From Armatimonadota bacterium (GTDB lineage: Bacteria > Armatimonadota > Fimbriimonadia > Fimbriimonadales > Fimbriimonadaceae): 64,000 bases of DNA. The notes under the pieces were generated by a model. The model worked only from the letters and a program-made list of their open reading frames with translations. It did no database searches and was not told the origin of the DNA. Below are positions 1-10,477 of this stretch, piece by piece. The translations under genes were made by a program, and so were the position numbers. Numbering within the stretch: position 1 is the stretch's first letter; every line of letters starts with the position of its first letter. Where the stretch lies: contig JANNQV010000015.1 in the NCBI GenBank assembly GCA_031400935.1, positions 1 through 64,000 of the forward strand, given 5' to 3'.

Positions 1-423
1 CGCCGGAATTTCAATTAGTGCCAACAAGGCGGGGAGGTATCCCTCGTAAGTAATGCCGGCACTTCCCAGCATTGCGAGAGTCGCCATAAACGTTACCGCC
101 GAAACAGAACCATAGTGGGCAGCGAGAGCGGCTGCGTCTTCACGGCTAAATCGAAAGAGAAAGAATGCGAAGAGAAAAGCTACCAACGGAGTAATAATTC
201 CAAGGCCAAGGGTGAACGATGCAGGGACAAGAATCTCAGCAAAGGTAGTCTCGGCGAGAGCGGCGCCACCTTTGAGGCCGATTGCATAGAGCAGATAGAT
301 TGATATCCCGATGTAGAGGACCTTCGGAATTCTCAGATCACTCTTGATACGTACTGCCAGAACGCCAAGGAAGAAACTGAGTACCGGAGCTGATAGAATA
401 TTGTGAAGAAAAAGTTCGGTCAT
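1..423 (-). CDS. Sodium-dependent bicarbonate transport family permease (SbtA/DUF897), 3' end outside window
   Basis: Manual translation from ATG at 423: MTELFLHNILSAPVLSFFLGVLAVRIKSDLRIPKVLYIGISIYLLYAIGLKGG, matching the SbtA-family KSDL..P...SIYLL.AIGLKGG N-terminus; absent from the ORF track because it is truncated. Confidence 0.85.
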   Translation of the reverse strand, partial: MTELFLHNILSAPVLSFFLGVLAVRIKSDLRIPKVLYIGISIYLLYAIGLKGGAALAETTFAEILVPASFTLGLGIITPLVAFLFAFFLFRFSREDAAALAAHYGSVSAVTFMATLAMLGSAGITYEGYLPALLALIEIPA

Positions 424-473
424 ACCATCTCAAGCTACAGAGAGTATTGTGACTGAGCAATTCTCAAGAATAC

Positions 474-546
474 TACCCCCGGTAGGACTCGAACCTACGA
501 CCCTCTGCTTAGAAGGCAGATGCTCTATCCGCTGAGCTATCAGGGC
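474..546 (-). tRNA. tRNA-Arg (anticodon UCU), CCA not encoded, imperfect acceptor stem
   Basis: Reverse complement GCCCTGA TAGCTCAGCGGATAGAGCA TCTGC CTTCTAA GCAGA GGGTC GTAGG TTCGAGT CCTAC CGGGGGT A; canonical D, anticodon and T arms. Confidence 0.9.
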
Positions 547-588
547 ACTTTGTAATTATGGCGGATTTGAGTGTGTTCGCAACCGGTT

Positions 589-619
589 CCCCTCTCCTTG
601 CTTGCAGGGGGAGTGGGTT
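589..619. repeat. REP-like palindrome (CCCCTCTCC...GGGGGAGTGGG)
   Basis: Imperfect inverted repeat resembling copies at about 11619, 14813, 25594 and 61030. Confidence 0.5.
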
Positions 620-623
620 CTTA

Positions 624-1430
624 TCATACGAGTTCCAAAACACTCACAGTCGGCGGGCAGAACAGCCTTGAAGGTGGGCCCGTCGTCCCAACCCCACGGC
701 TTACAAATAGCGGCGTGGGAGCATCAGGATAGAAGCCGTCAGGGTATTTCCTGCCGTTCACGGTGTATTTTGGTGCCCAGCGGTTCGGAAGCCGAAATTG
801 CCCTCCGTGCGAATGTCCACTGATCTGCAAAGATGCTCCCTCGGGGAGCCATTCCAGTAGATCGGGTTCATGCCAAATTGCAATGATCGGGTCCTCGTCA
901 ATGTCTGCTAGCGACATGGTTTGAAATGGATCGGCTTGATGGGCATTTACCGAATCCACGCCCGCCCACTGGATTCCTTTATGCCGCCAAACTTCGTTTC
1001 GAAGATATTTGATATTCAATTCTTCAAGAATCGGTACGAGGAGATTTGGCGAACCGCTCCAATACTCGTGGTTGCCGGGCACTGCAACTACGTTTCCATT
1101 CATCAGCAAGAGCGGCTCAAAAACTTCGGCAATCATGGCTTCTGATTCGGGTTTCCAATAGCCGACGATGTCGCCAGGAATCACAATCATGTCAGGCTCA
1201 ACCTCTAATGCCATTTGGACCGCGCGTTTGCCGAGTTCAACAGAATATTTGTCTCTCAAGTGGAAATCTGCGAGGACTGCAATTTGAAATCCATCGAGCC
1301 GCTTGGGCCAATGCTTGAGCCTGAGCTTTCGACGTTCCAATACGAGTTTGTTGCTTTCGTAGAGAGCACCGTAGGCGAGCAACGCGGCGCTTGCGGTCGT
1401 TAGGCCAAACAAAAAGTGGGAAAATCGCAT
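624..1430 (-). CDS. Calcineurin-like metallophosphoesterase (YkuE/YaeI-like)
   Basis: Motifs DFH, GD, GNHE, HEPD, GHSHGGQ and SRGVG; hydrophobic N-terminus. Confidence 0.9.
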   Translation of the reverse strand: MRFSHFLFGLTTASAALLAYGALYESNKLVLERRKLRLKHWPKRLDGFQIAVLADFHLRDKYSVELGKRAVQMALEVEPDMIVIPGDIVGYWKPESEAMIAEVFEPLLLMNGNVVAVPGNHEYWSGSPNLLVPILEELNIKYLRNEVWRHKGIQWAGVDSVNAHQADPFQTMSLADIDEDPIIAIWHEPDLLEWLPEGASLQISGHSHGGQFRLPNRWAPKYTVNGRKYPDGFYPDAPTPLFVSRGVGTTGPPSRLFCPPTVSVLELV

Positions 1431-1448
1431 TGGGATACTTGTTATCGG

Positions 1449-1495
1449 TTGTTGGTTGTTGGTTGTTGGTTGTTGGTTTGCGGTTAGCGGTTGGC
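1449..1495. repeat. Heptamer tandem repeat (GTTGGTT)n, degenerating to GCGGTTA
   Basis: Intergenic ggttgttggttgttggttgttggttgttggtttgcggttagcggttgg. Confidence 0.8.
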
Positions 1496-1607
1496 TCGCT
1501 CAAAACACATAGCACAGGAAACTCTTGGTACCGTATACCCTTAACCCCATACCCCACACCCTTTGGAGACAAAAGCCCGAACACTTGAGCGAGACGCCCA
1601 AGCCACA

Positions 1608-3443
1608 CTACCCCTTCGCAGCTTCCATAACCCGAATCGCAGCGGCGTGACTGTTCGCAGGCGGCATGATATAAAGTCCTGCTGCCCCGATTTTCCGAAT
1701 GAATCGCGCCAGTTTCATGCAAGCGTCCATGCCAATTTCGAGAGCGGTGGCATCATCTGGGGCATCTGCCATCGCCTGACGGAGCCAATCTGGAATTCGG
1801 ATTCCAGGGACTTCGTTGTGCATGAATTCGGCGTGTCGGGACGACCGTAAAGGCATGACTCCAATGAAAACTGGCAACCCGACTCTTTCGCAAGCCTCCA
1901 TCGCAACGTCGGCATCGAGTTCCTTAAAAACGGGCTGTGTATAAACCAAATGCGCCCCAGCATCTGCCTTTCTTTTCAATCTGTCCAACTCGACGTCGTT
2001 GTCGATTGAGATCGGATTGAACGCGCAGGCAATCGTAAATCCGCACTTCACGCCCACCGAATACCCTGCCAAATCAATTCCTTCGTTTAGCCGCGAGAGA
2101 ATTCTAACCATTCCAATTGCATCCACATCGAAAACACTTGTCGCGCTTGGGTAATCGCCGATGTTTGCGGGGTCGCCAGTGACTGCCAAAATGTTTCGAA
2201 CCCCCATAGCATGGCAACCCAGAAGGTCAGCTTGAATTGCGAGCAAGTTTCTGTCCCGACACGAAAAGTGCATGGTCGTCTCGATGCCAACGCGGCTTGT
2301 AATCTGCTGGCAAACAGCAGTTGGGTTCATTCTCAGCCTAGCTCTGGCTCCGTCTGAAATGTTGATGACGTCAACGCCTTCAATTTTCAGCGTTCTGCAA
2401 CTATGGATCAGCTTGTCGAGAATGAGTCCGCGAGGAACGTCCATCTCCACGGAAGTAAGGAATTTTCTTCCAAGTTTTTGCCGTAGTTCTGTTGGTTCAA
2501 CTGTAGGAAGTACAACGTTTTCCGATTCCTTTACCTTTGCTGCGCCACGCTTCCGAACCTTCAATTTTGTGGAGTCCGCAAGTAAACGAAGTGCGCGAAT
2601 GTGTTCAGGGGTCGTGCCGCAACATCCGCCAATGATTCGCGCTCCTTCTTCGAGCAACCGTAAACACGCCTTTGCAAAGTAGTCGGGCGACGTGTCATAA
2701 GCGATCTCGCCTTTCACAAGTTGCGGCATCCCAGGGGTGGGGAATGCGACAATGGGTAATTCTGTTGATTCGGCAATCATACGAACAAGGTCGAGCATTC
2801 GCTGGGGGCCGACGACGCAATTCGCACCAACAGCAGCAACACCGGCGGCGGCAATCGTTTGCGTGCATCGAATCGGGAGCCCTTCGGCGAGCATTTCGCC
2901 GTCTTCGATATAGGCTTTGCAGGCAACGATTGGCAGATCGCTGGCTTGCCGAACGCCTTCAATCACAGCCAGAAGCTCGTCAACATCCACGAAGGTTTCG
3001 AGCATAAACCCGTCCACGCCGCCTTCGGCGAGCGCAGCGGCCTGCTCTTTTGCGGAAGCCACGACTTCTTCGCGGGAAATGTGACCGATGGGTTCCATCG
3101 GCTTTCCCGCTGGGCCGATTGCTCCCAAAACTAATTTCTCAGACCCAGCAGCTTCCCGAGCCAGAATCGCGCCTGCCCGATTGAGTTCAGAAACGTCAAT
3201 ATCAAGTCCGCTGAGCCGAAAACGGTTTGCTGAGTACGTGTTGGTTTCAACGAAATCTGAACCCGCTTCGAAGTATTCAGCATGAACCTGACGTACAAGG
3301 TCAGGCGCGGCGAGGTTTGCAAGATCATATGGGCGTTGAGAAAAGCCTCGCGCGGCTATGCAAGTTCCATTCGCGCCATCGCCAAGTAGGAATGGGCGTT
3401 GTAACGCTTCATCGAGTCGCACGAGGCAGGTTATACCCTTCAA
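1608..3443 (-). CDS. Bifunctional homocysteine S-methyltransferase / methylenetetrahydrofolate reductase (YitJ-like); true start may be about 3422
   Basis: N-terminal HMT motifs DGANGT, GANC and GGCCGTTPEHI; C-terminal MTHFR motifs CRDRN, TGDP and TQPVF. Confidence 0.9.
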   Translation of the reverse strand: MKGITCLVRLDEALQRPFLLGDGANGTCIAARGFSQRPYDLANLAAPDLVRQVHAEYFEAGSDFVETNTYSANRFRLSGLDIDVSELNRAGAILAREAAGSEKLVLGAIGPAGKPMEPIGHISREEVVASAKEQAAALAEGGVDGFMLETFVDVDELLAVIEGVRQASDLPIVACKAYIEDGEMLAEGLPIRCTQTIAAAGVAAVGANCVVGPQRMLDLVRMIAESTELPIVAFPTPGMPQLVKGEIAYDTSPDYFAKACLRLLEEGARIIGGCCGTTPEHIRALRLLADSTKLKVRKRGAAKVKESENVVLPTVEPTELRQKLGRKFLTSVEMDVPRGLILDKLIHSCRTLKIEGVDVINISDGARARLRMNPTAVCQQITSRVGIETTMHFSCRDRNLLAIQADLLGCHAMGVRNILAVTGDPANIGDYPSATSVFDVDAIGMVRILSRLNEGIDLAGYSVGVKCGFTIACAFNPISIDNDVELDRLKRKADAGAHLVYTQPVFKELDADVAMEACERVGLPVFIGVMPLRSSRHAEFMHNEVPGIRIPDWLRQAMADAPDDATALEIGMDACMKLARFIRKIGAAGLYIMPPANSHAAAIRVMEAAKG

Positions 3444-4149
3444 GCTCTTCCAATGAGGAGAGCAAGCACGCCTTGCGCATCTGCAAAGCTTGGTTTCGAA
3501 TCGTTGTGATCGCCTGAGTTTCGTTTATCGCTAACTTCTTTGCCGGCCTTCTAAGGTCAAGCGGCCCCATGACTTCGCCGACTACTTTGCTGTCGTTAAG
3601 ACCCAAAATGTGGCCAAGCTCATGGGCAATCACGTGCCTTAAGTGTTCCGGCTTCATTGGCTTGCCGTCCGGCTGACTTGTCCGCACCCATATCGTCGCC
3701 GTCAACTTTGGAACGAACTCTCCAGCAGAATTTGCCGCCACGCTTCGACTCCATTGAACGTGTCCGCCGATTTCTCGATTTGCAGATTTCACTTCTTTTT
3801 CAAATCGAAATTGGATATTGGGCTGAGAAGATTCTGTAAATTGAACTTGGTGATCAAGCGCACTTTCCCACATTGAAACGGCTTGCCCCACCGCATTACG
3901 GCATTTCGTTTCGTCGTTCTTTGAACTTGAATCAAACTGGACGGAATAATTTGTTGAACCAAGAAGCAGCACCGAGTCGGCATAAGCAATGGATTCGTTC
4001 CACTTTTGCTCTCGAAAGCAATTGGACGCTAACTGGACATGACGGCGCATTTCGGGCATAACCCGGAGTTCGAGTTCTGCCGTTGAGCTCAGCGAAGCTG
4101 ATGGTGCCGCATTTAGTCCAGTCAAAATCGCAACAAAGTTTGCGATCAT
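3409..4149 (-). CDS. Matrixin-like (metzincin) zinc metalloprotease
   Basis: HELGHILGLND zinc motif followed by a Met-turn (VMGP); ATG at 4149 preceded by GGAGGG. Confidence 0.75.
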   Translation of the reverse strand: MIANFVAILTGLNAAPSASLSSTAELELRVMPEMRRHVQLASNCFREQKWNESIAYADSVLLLGSTNYSVQFDSSSKNDETKCRNAVGQAVSMWESALDHQVQFTESSQPNIQFRFEKEVKSANREIGGHVQWSRSVAANSAGEFVPKLTATIWVRTSQPDGKPMKPEHLRHVIAHELGHILGLNDSKVVGEVMGPLDLRRPAKKLAINETQAITTIRNQALQMRKACLLSSLEELEGYNLPRATR

Positions 4150-4410
4150 AGGAAGCCCTCCAATGTCCGATTCAGGAAGTAAGCAATGCAGCGTTCGTTC
4201 GCTAAGCAGCCGAGCCATTGATGATTCGGCGTGTGTTGCTCAATCCTAATAGGATTATTGGAGTCGCTATATAAAATACATATGCTTGAAAATTCACACC
4301 TGGCAAAGTTGCTAGATTTGGAATTCAAATTGGACAGGTTGGACAGGTGAAACTAATTTGACTCGAACTTCCCCCACCTACAACTCTTCCAATCGGTTTT
4401 TCAACTTCAA

Positions 4411-4450
4411 ACCCGAAAAATTCCGAACAAATCCGGAAAAAACCGAACAA
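4411..4450. repeat. Four phased 10-bp repeats NNCCGAAMAA
   Basis: acccgaaaaa ttccgaacaa atccggaaaa aaccgaacaa; a similar array lies at 13541-13570. Confidence 0.65.
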
Positions 4451-4540
4451 AGAACAGGACTAATGGCGATTTGGGAATCCTGCGACTCTCGCGCTTAGTA
4501 GTACTATTCAATTCGCATTTATGCGAAACAAGAGGGTGAA

Positions 4541-5209
4541 ATGATTATTCGAATGGCAATTTTGGGAGCATTGGTTTGCTCTTCTTTCGGGTGCAAAGTG
4601 CTGCACGAACTCCACATTGACGGGGATGGAATTCAGGGCTCCGGCAAAGCAAAGAGCGAGTCTCGTACCGTCGGCAGCTTTAGCAAAATAGCGGTTGAAG
4701 GCTCAGCGGATGTGAATTGGACCCGCAGCGACAAGCAATCGCTAATGGTGAAAACTGATGACAATCTGCTCAGCAATCTTGAAACTGTGATAAAGGGCGA
4801 CACGCTTTACATCAAGTTCAAGGAAAGCTGCTCATCAAAGGTTGAGTCTGTCGTAACTATTTCATCGCCGACACTAGATGGTTTAGCCATTTCGGGTTCG
4901 AGCGATGCCAATCTATCGGGGATTTCGGCTCAAAATTTCGCAGTTTCTATTTCCGGGTCTGGTGATATGGTCGCGAAAGGGACGGCAAAAACAGCTAGTA
5001 TTTCAATCTCCGGTTCAGGCGATATTGATGCATTTGGTTTGGAATTGGATTCTGCAGATGTCTCGATTGCAGGTTCTGGAGATATGAAGCTATCGGTTAA
5101 GAACGTGCTTGATGCAAGCATTGCCGGAAGTGGTGATATTTCTTATCGTGGGAATCCGAAAGTGCAGAAAAGCGTGATGGGCTCCGGCGACGTAGTTCGG
5201 GCTAACTAG
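4541..5209 (+). CDS. Head GIN domain / DUF2807 putative auto-transporter adhesin-like lipoprotein
   Basis: Signal peptide with Cys; repeated xSISGSGDI beta-helix units; ends ISYRGNP. Confidence 0.85.
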   Translation: MIIRMAILGALVCSSFGCKVLHELHIDGDGIQGSGKAKSESRTVGSFSKIAVEGSADVNWTRSDKQSLMVKTDDNLLSNLETVIKGDTLYIKFKESCSSKVESVVTISSPTLDGLAISGSSDANLSGISAQNFAVSISGSGDMVAKGTAKTASISISGSGDIDAFGLELDSADVSIAGSGDMKLSVKNVLDASIAGSGDISYRGNPKVQKSVMGSGDVVRAN

Positions 5210-5223
5210 TCAATTGGTGATAA

Positions 5224-5259
5224 AATAGCCCCTTCCTCCCAAGGGCGGAAGGGGCTATT
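5224..5259. terminator. Stem-loop (terminator or REP-like) after the GIN gene
   Basis: AATAGCCCCTTCC...GGAAGGGGCTATT inverted repeat; no clear U-tract. Confidence 0.45.
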
Positions 5260-5267
5260 CAAACATA

Positions 5268-6008
5268 ATGCCTTTGACCATCCTCCAAACAAACGACTTC
5301 CACGGTTGCCTGACTCTTGAAATGGCAGAGCAGATTCGTGATTTGGTGGACGAGTCGCAAGGTATTTATTTTGATTCTGGGGATTGCATCAAAACGGGAA
5401 ATCTCGGAATTCCGTTAAAAGCAGACCCCGTTTGGGAGCTCTTGGAAATTGCAGATTGCAGAGCGGGGGTGCCAGGGAATCGGGAATCTCACATTTTGAA
5501 GTCGGCCTTTGAAGCTAAGATTGCTGGTTGTCGTCATCCGCTACTTTGCGCGAATATGCGGTACCGAAACGGTGCTTATGTACTTCCAAGAAGCAACCAA
5601 ACCTGGTATGGAGAGAATGATATCGGAGTCTTTGGCGTCATGGTCCCAATGGTAACCGCCAAAATGAAGACCCAAGCCGCTTCTGCTTTCCTTTGGGACC
5701 CGCCGATAGAAGCGGCTATTGAAGTCGCCAAAGAGCTTCGGCCTAAATGCGATTTGCTCATTGCCTTGACTCACATCGGAATTGCCCAAGACCGTGAGTT
5801 AGCGGCAAAGTGCCCCGAAATTGACATCATTCTTGGCGGGCACTCGCATACGGTTTTGGAACAGCCCGAACGCATCGGAAACACCTGGATTTGCCAGGGA
5901 GGCTCGCATGGACGATATGTCGGTCGATACGTTTGGGAAAAGGGTGAGGGAATCATTGAGGCATCGTTGATTCCATTGAAGCCGGCTACCGCAAAATCAG
6001 CCAAGTAA
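5268..6008 (+). CDS. Metallophosphoesterase, 5'-nucleotidase N-terminal domain-like
   Basis: TNDFHG, DSGD, GNRE, LTHIG and GGHSH motifs; lacks the 5'-nucleotidase C-terminal domain. Confidence 0.85.
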   Translation: MPLTILQTNDFHGCLTLEMAEQIRDLVDESQGIYFDSGDCIKTGNLGIPLKADPVWELLEIADCRAGVPGNRESHILKSAFEAKIAGCRHPLLCANMRYRNGAYVLPRSNQTWYGENDIGVFGVMVPMVTAKMKTQAASAFLWDPPIEAAIEVAKELRPKCDLLIALTHIGIAQDRELAAKCPEIDIILGGHSHTVLEQPERIGNTWICQGGSHGRYVGRYVWEKGEGIIEASLIPLKPATAKSAK

Positions 6009-6588
6009 TCAGAGCGCCAATAACGCCGCCACCTGCAACGAAGGCAACCCTGTAAAGCCATGTTTCGGTATCTTTGCGAACTGAAGCAGCTTGGGAAACA
6101 GGCTTTATGCGAATGTCGGCGACGGCGAAATTCTGTTCTGATCCCCAGCGGTCGCTCAGTCGCACTCTCAGGTTTTCGCGATCATAACTGAGAACACTAC
6201 AATTCCATGCTCCCCAGCCAGCCCATGGTGCGTTCACTATAGTGCCTGGCAACAGGCTAAACGGTTGAATATCACGCTTCATCAGACTGTGCTCGGAACC
6301 GTTTAGAAAAGTCACTTCGATCAATTCGCCTTCAATCGAACGAATTCGGGCTGGGTAGCAATATCCGTCCGCGGACAGAGCAAAAACCAAGTCTCCGACT
6401 TTGCGCGAAACCGTTGCAAGCGACATTCTCTCTTGAATAGCTTGGGTGATCGCTTCGCGAGACAATCCAGCTTCCATTGCTGCGGAAATGATTTGATTCT
6501 CTGTCGAAATGTTTTCAAGTGAAAAGGATCGTTGGACCTCAATTTCCTCAGCTCTTTGCAAAACCTCGCGAATCTCGTGTAGTTCCAT
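5986..6588 (-). CDS. Hypothetical membrane-anchored protein with two SH3/Tudor-like segments
   Basis: 200 aa ORF; GDLVFALSADGYCYPARI and PGTIVNAPWAGWGAW beta-barrel-like segments; C-terminal TM helix. Confidence 0.6.
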   Translation of the reverse strand: MELHEIREVLQRAEEIEVQRSFSLENISTENQIISAAMEAGLSREAITQAIQERMSLATVSRKVGDLVFALSADGYCYPARIRSIEGELIEVTFLNGSEHSLMKRDIQPFSLLPGTIVNAPWAGWGAWNCSVLSYDRENLRVRLSDRWGSEQNFAVADIRIKPVSQAASVRKDTETWLYRVAFVAGGGVIGALITWLILR

Positions 6589-6612
6589 TCTAGTAAGAGA
6601 TACGAAACTGGG

Positions 6613-6885
6613 TTACGCTTCTTCTTCTGCAAGCGCTTTCAAGCACCTCGATTCTAGATCTGCAGGAACCGACATTTTGCAAAATCCGCCTTTCATATAG
6701 CGAAGCACAGAGGTTTCAAATCTGTACTCGACAGCGCAAGGAGGGCATAAACTAATGTGAATTTCAACTTCGCGAATCTCTTGTTCAGAAAGCTCTTTGT
6801 CAATAAAGTCCTGCAATTTCGCAAAGACCATATCGCAATCGTGGCTTCCGTTCGCGTCGCCGCAACTACTGTGGTTATGCTCCAT
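6613..6885 (-). CDS. Zinc-binding anti-sigma factor (zf-HC2, RsrA/RshA-like)
   Basis: HxxxCxxC (HISLCPPC); ATG at 6885 overlaps the sigma factor 3' end. Confidence 0.85.
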   Translation of the reverse strand: MEHNHSSCGDANGSHDCDMVFAKLQDFIDKELSEQEIREVEIHISLCPPCAVEYRFETSVLRYMKGGFCKMSVPADLESRCLKALAEEEA

Positions 6886-7534
6886 TGCTTTCCCCCTCGA
6901 CCCAACCTCGGTCCACGGCCAATTCCCAAAGGGCGGCTTGCAAATGCTTTCTCGCTCGGTGCAATCGGGAGCGAACGGTGCCAATTGGAATCTCCAAAGT
7001 CTCCGAAATCTCTTCGTAGCTCATGTCGGAGATGAAATAAAGCATCGCCGCTTCTCGGTAGTCGTCTGGCAAATGCTCCAGCGCATCGCCGATCTGATCC
7101 ATGTCCACCTTACTGAAAAACCATGCAGCGGGATCGTCGCCCGAAAGGTCGGCTCCCGTTCGCTTTGCATGCTCATACAGAATGAGATCAGGCGCACTGT
7201 CAATGTCGGTAGTTTCAATGCGTTTCTTTTGGCGTTGCGCGTAATGAAGGTTTGTCAATATCTTCATAAACCAGGCTTTGAAATTCGTGCCAGTCTGAAA
7301 AGTGTGCCGAGCGCGAAACGCTTGAACACTTGCATCTTGTACAAGGTCCATCGCCTCGTCTGATTTGCCAAGCAAGCGAGCGGCATACCGGTACGCCATG
7401 CTCAAAATGGGTTTGAGCAAGTTCTCAAAATCAGATCGGGAAAGTACTGATTCGACCCTTTGGCTCAAAAGCACTCCGTCATGCTTGTATTTTGGCACGA
7501 AGGAAGAGGTTGGCACCATCGTTGAGACAGACAT
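6875..7534 (-). CDS. ECF RNA polymerase sigma factor (SigH/SigR-like)
   Basis: Region 2 DLVQD...GTNFKAW; region 4 SYEEISETLEIPIGTVRSRLHRAR. Confidence 0.92.
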   Translation of the reverse strand: MSVSTMVPTSSFVPKYKHDGVLLSQRVESVLSRSDFENLLKPILSMAYRYAARLLGKSDEAMDLVQDASVQAFRARHTFQTGTNFKAWFMKILTNLHYAQRQKKRIETTDIDSAPDLILYEHAKRTGADLSGDDPAAWFFSKVDMDQIGDALEHLPDDYREAAMLYFISDMSYEEISETLEIPIGTVRSRLHRARKHLQAALWELAVDRGWVEGESNGA

Positions 7535-7643
7535 CGTTTGTTTGAAGTGTCAATTGGCGACTTTGGTTCCAATTCAATGAGAGTTCTGGAGTGCAATTTT
7601 CATGTCAGCATCCCAAAATTCCAACATCCAGGAACTTTCATTT

Positions 7644-8660
7644 CTACGGCAAGTCAATATTCACAGTTCTCTGCAAATCGTTGCAGAACAGCTTCAATTT
7701 CTTCGGTTTTTGACCCTTGACGCCACGAAAAACCATCATTGCTTTTTTGATCTGGCCGCCTTCCAATTCTTCGTCAATGGTTTGATTTCCGGTCAATGTA
7801 AGCATATCTGAGCACCATTCAATGGTGTCGCCGTTTTCGTCGGTCAATTTGGGTTCAAAAGTCCCCCATGCCAATCTGTGAGGCCGATTTAGCATATTCG
7901 TGAATGAAACATTGACAACAAAAATGGTTTGGCCTTCGGCAGGTTCGTATTGTCCGACTGCACCTGGCGCAGCCTCTACCTTTTCGACATTGATGTCAAA
8001 CGCTCCGAAATCAAATGGCTTTGCAAACGGCGCAGGAACGGTTTGCAGCACGTTCATTCCATCAGGAGCGAAAACGGAAGTCATGGCCTTGACCTTGTCT
8101 TTAAGATCGAAACGAAGGATCGGACGATTTGATCCGCGTTCAACCATGAGCTTAGTGATCGGCCCTGTTCCATGCACTTTGAAGGCTACAAATGCCTTGA
8201 CTTTTTGAGCGGGTTTCAACGAAACGTTGAAATGGGTTCGCCTTTCAGCATGGTACGTATAGCTGTCCGACTCCCGATTTTCATCGTCGGGAGAAACGCA
8301 AGTGAACTTAAATGAGCCGTAGTCGAAGGAGACTTCGCGCTTGTTTGGATTCTGAACCGTGTAGTTCAAGATTAGCAATTTATCTGGGTGCGACGCGAGG
8401 ATGTTGTCTTCAACCGTTTTGCATCGCAAAGCAACTTCTGCGCTGTCTAGCGTGAAATGGAGTTCGTCGCCGACGTTGCCGATTTGGTATGTGATTCCTA
8501 GTTTGCCCTTGTCACCAGCAAGCTGGACGGTGCCCTTAATTGGAGCCGTAGTTTGTTTCTTCGCGGGCGGTTTGGGTTTTTGTTTTGCTTTGGTTTGATT
8601 GCCAGCTCCAACAATTAGGAACGGAACGACAACAAGTGACAACAACATGATTCGTTTCAT
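7644..8660 (-). CDS. Secreted protein with two DUF4352-like Ig-fold domains
   Basis: Signal peptide; two similar domains (..YTVQNPNK.. / ..VSFTNMLN..; LKPAQK / LEGGQI). Confidence 0.55.
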   Translation of the reverse strand: MKRIMLLSLVVVPFLIVGAGNQTKAKQKPKPPAKKQTTAPIKGTVQLAGDKGKLGITYQIGNVGDELHFTLDSAEVALRCKTVEDNILASHPDKLLILNYTVQNPNKREVSFDYGSFKFTCVSPDDENRESDSYTYHAERRTHFNVSLKPAQKVKAFVAFKVHGTGPITKLMVERGSNRPILRFDLKDKVKAMTSVFAPDGMNVLQTVPAPFAKPFDFGAFDINVEKVEAAPGAVGQYEPAEGQTIFVVNVSFTNMLNRPHRLAWGTFEPKLTDENGDTIEWCSDMLTLTGNQTIDEELEGGQIKKAMMVFRGVKGQKPKKLKLFCNDLQRTVNIDLP

Positions 8661-8714
8661 AGATTCACCGTTAGAAATAAGTTACCTCGAACAACAGAAT
8701 GTACAATAGAGAAT

Positions 8715-10355
8715 ATGTCGGTTTCAACGCCAATTCGCGCCCCGCGAGGAACAACTCTTTCCTGCAAAGGCTGGCTTCAGGAAGCCGCTATGCGGATGCT
8801 CATGAATAACCTTGACCCTGAGGTTGCTGAGGATCCGGACAATCTAATCGTCTACGGTGGAACCGGAAAGGCAGCCCGAAATTGGGACTGCTTTCATGCG
8901 ATCGTTCGATCTCTAAAGGAACTGGAAAACGACGAAACGCTGCTCGTGCAATCTGGAAAACCAGTGGCGATTTTCAAGTCACATCTGGATGCGCCAAGGG
9001 TGCTTATTGCTAATTCGAATCTGGTCGGCGAATGGTCGAATTGGGCACATTTTCGCGAACTCGAAGCCAAAGGGCTGATGATGTACGGCCAAATGACCGC
9101 AGGATCATGGATATACATCGGCTCGCAAGGGATTGTTCAAGGAACTTATGAGACTTTCGCGGCTTGTGCCGATCAGCACTTTGGCGGCTCGCTGAAAGGC
9201 AAATTGGTCGTGAGCGGCGGAATGGGGGGAATGGGAGGTGCTCAGCCACTCGCGGCAACCATGTGCGACGCGACCTACATCGGGATTGACGTTGACCCAT
9301 CGCGAATCGAGAAACGACTGAAAAACGGATATTGCGACAAGATTGCCTGGTCACTGGATGAAGCCCTTCAAATGGCGGAATCTCGCGAAGCAATCAGCAT
9401 AGGATTGGTCGGAAATTGCGCTGAAATCTTGCCAGAAATGGTTCGAAGAGGATTTGTTCCAGACGTTCTTACTGACCAAACGAGCGCCCATGATCCGCTC
9501 AATGGATACGTTCCCGCTGGAATGACGCTTGCCGATCATGCCGAACTAATCCGCACCAACCCGAACGAAACCGAACGCAGAGCCAAAGCAAGCATGGCGG
9601 TGCATGTGAACGCGATGCTTGACCTGAAGCGAATGGGCGCAATCACATTTGATTACGGCAACAATATTCGAGCCTTTGCCCAAGAGGCAGGCTGTCCCAA
9701 CGCATTTGACATCAAAGGATTCGTTCCTGAGTACATTCGACCATTGTTCTGCGAAGGAAAGGGCCCATTCCGCTGGGCGGCACTGAGCGGGAATCCGGAA
9801 GACATTTGGAAGACCGACAAGCTTGCTTTGGAGCTCTTTCCAGAAAACACATCGCTGCACCGATGGATCAAAAAAGCATCGGAGAGGATTCAATTTCAAG
9901 GTTTACCTGCCCGAATCTGTTGGCTTGGCTATGGGGAAAGGGCAAAGATGGGGCTGGCTATCAATGAACTTGTCAGGACGGGCGAAATTGAAGCCCCCAT
10001 CGTCATCGGGCGCGACCACCTAGATTGCGGTTCCGTAGCCTCGCCGAATCGGGAAACGGAAGGGATGCTCGATGGCAGCGACGCGGTTGCTGACTGGGCA
10101 TTTTTGAACGCGATGATCAATGTTGCTGGTGGCGCTAGCTGGGTTTCGGTTCACAATGGCGGCGGAGTGGGTATTGGCTATTCGCAACATGCGGGAATGG
10201 TGATCGTCGCTGATGGAACCGATGCTGCAGCAAAGCGATTAGAGCGGGTTTTAACCACCGATCCAGGAATGGGGATTGTCCGGCATATGGATGCTGGATA
10301 TGAGGATGCTCGTCAAAGTGCCCAACTTCACTCATTGAAGACCCCATTGGTCTAG
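8715..10355 (+). CDS. hutU: Urocanate hydratase
   Basis: [35 protein letters not shown] and HNGGGVG. Confidence 0.97.
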   Translation: MSVSTPIRAPRGTTLSCKGWLQEAAMRMLMNNLDPEVAEDPDNLIVYGGTGKAARNWDCFHAIVRSLKELENDETLLVQSGKPVAIFKSHLDAPRVLIANSNLVGEWSNWAHFRELEAKGLMMYGQMTAGSWIYIGSQGIVQGTYETFAACADQHFGGSLKGKLVVSGGMGGMGGAQPLAATMCDATYIGIDVDPSRIEKRLKNGYCDKIAWSLDEALQMAESREAISIGLVGNCAEILPEMVRRGFVPDVLTDQTSAHDPLNGYVPAGMTLADHAELIRTNPNETERRAKASMAVHVNAMLDLKRMGAITFDYGNNIRAFAQEAGCPNAFDIKGFVPEYIRPLFCEGKGPFRWAALSGNPEDIWKTDKLALELFPENTSLHRWIKKASERIQFQGLPARICWLGYGERAKMGLAINELVRTGEIEAPIVIGRDHLDCGSVASPNRETEGMLDGSDAVADWAFLNAMINVAGGASWVSVHNGGGVGIGYSQHAGMVIVADGTDAAAKRLERVLTTDPGMGIVRHMDAGYEDARQSAQLHSLKTPLV

Positions 10356-10477
10356 GTAGTCGAATTGAACTTACTTTGACCTATTGAACCGAATTCCCGC
10401 ACTCTTACCGTGAAGAAATAGTCTCATTTGACCGACCGAATATCAATTCAACACCGTCAAACAGATTGAGACGAACA

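Noticed and set aside
1237..1722. 161-aa ORF with a PTTNNQQPTT segment
   Set aside because: This is a translation of the intergenic heptamer repeat and overlaps two real genes out of frame.
4411..4450. Short periodic repeats as a CRISPR array
   Set aside because: Units are 7-10 bp with no unique spacers, and no cas genes are in the window.
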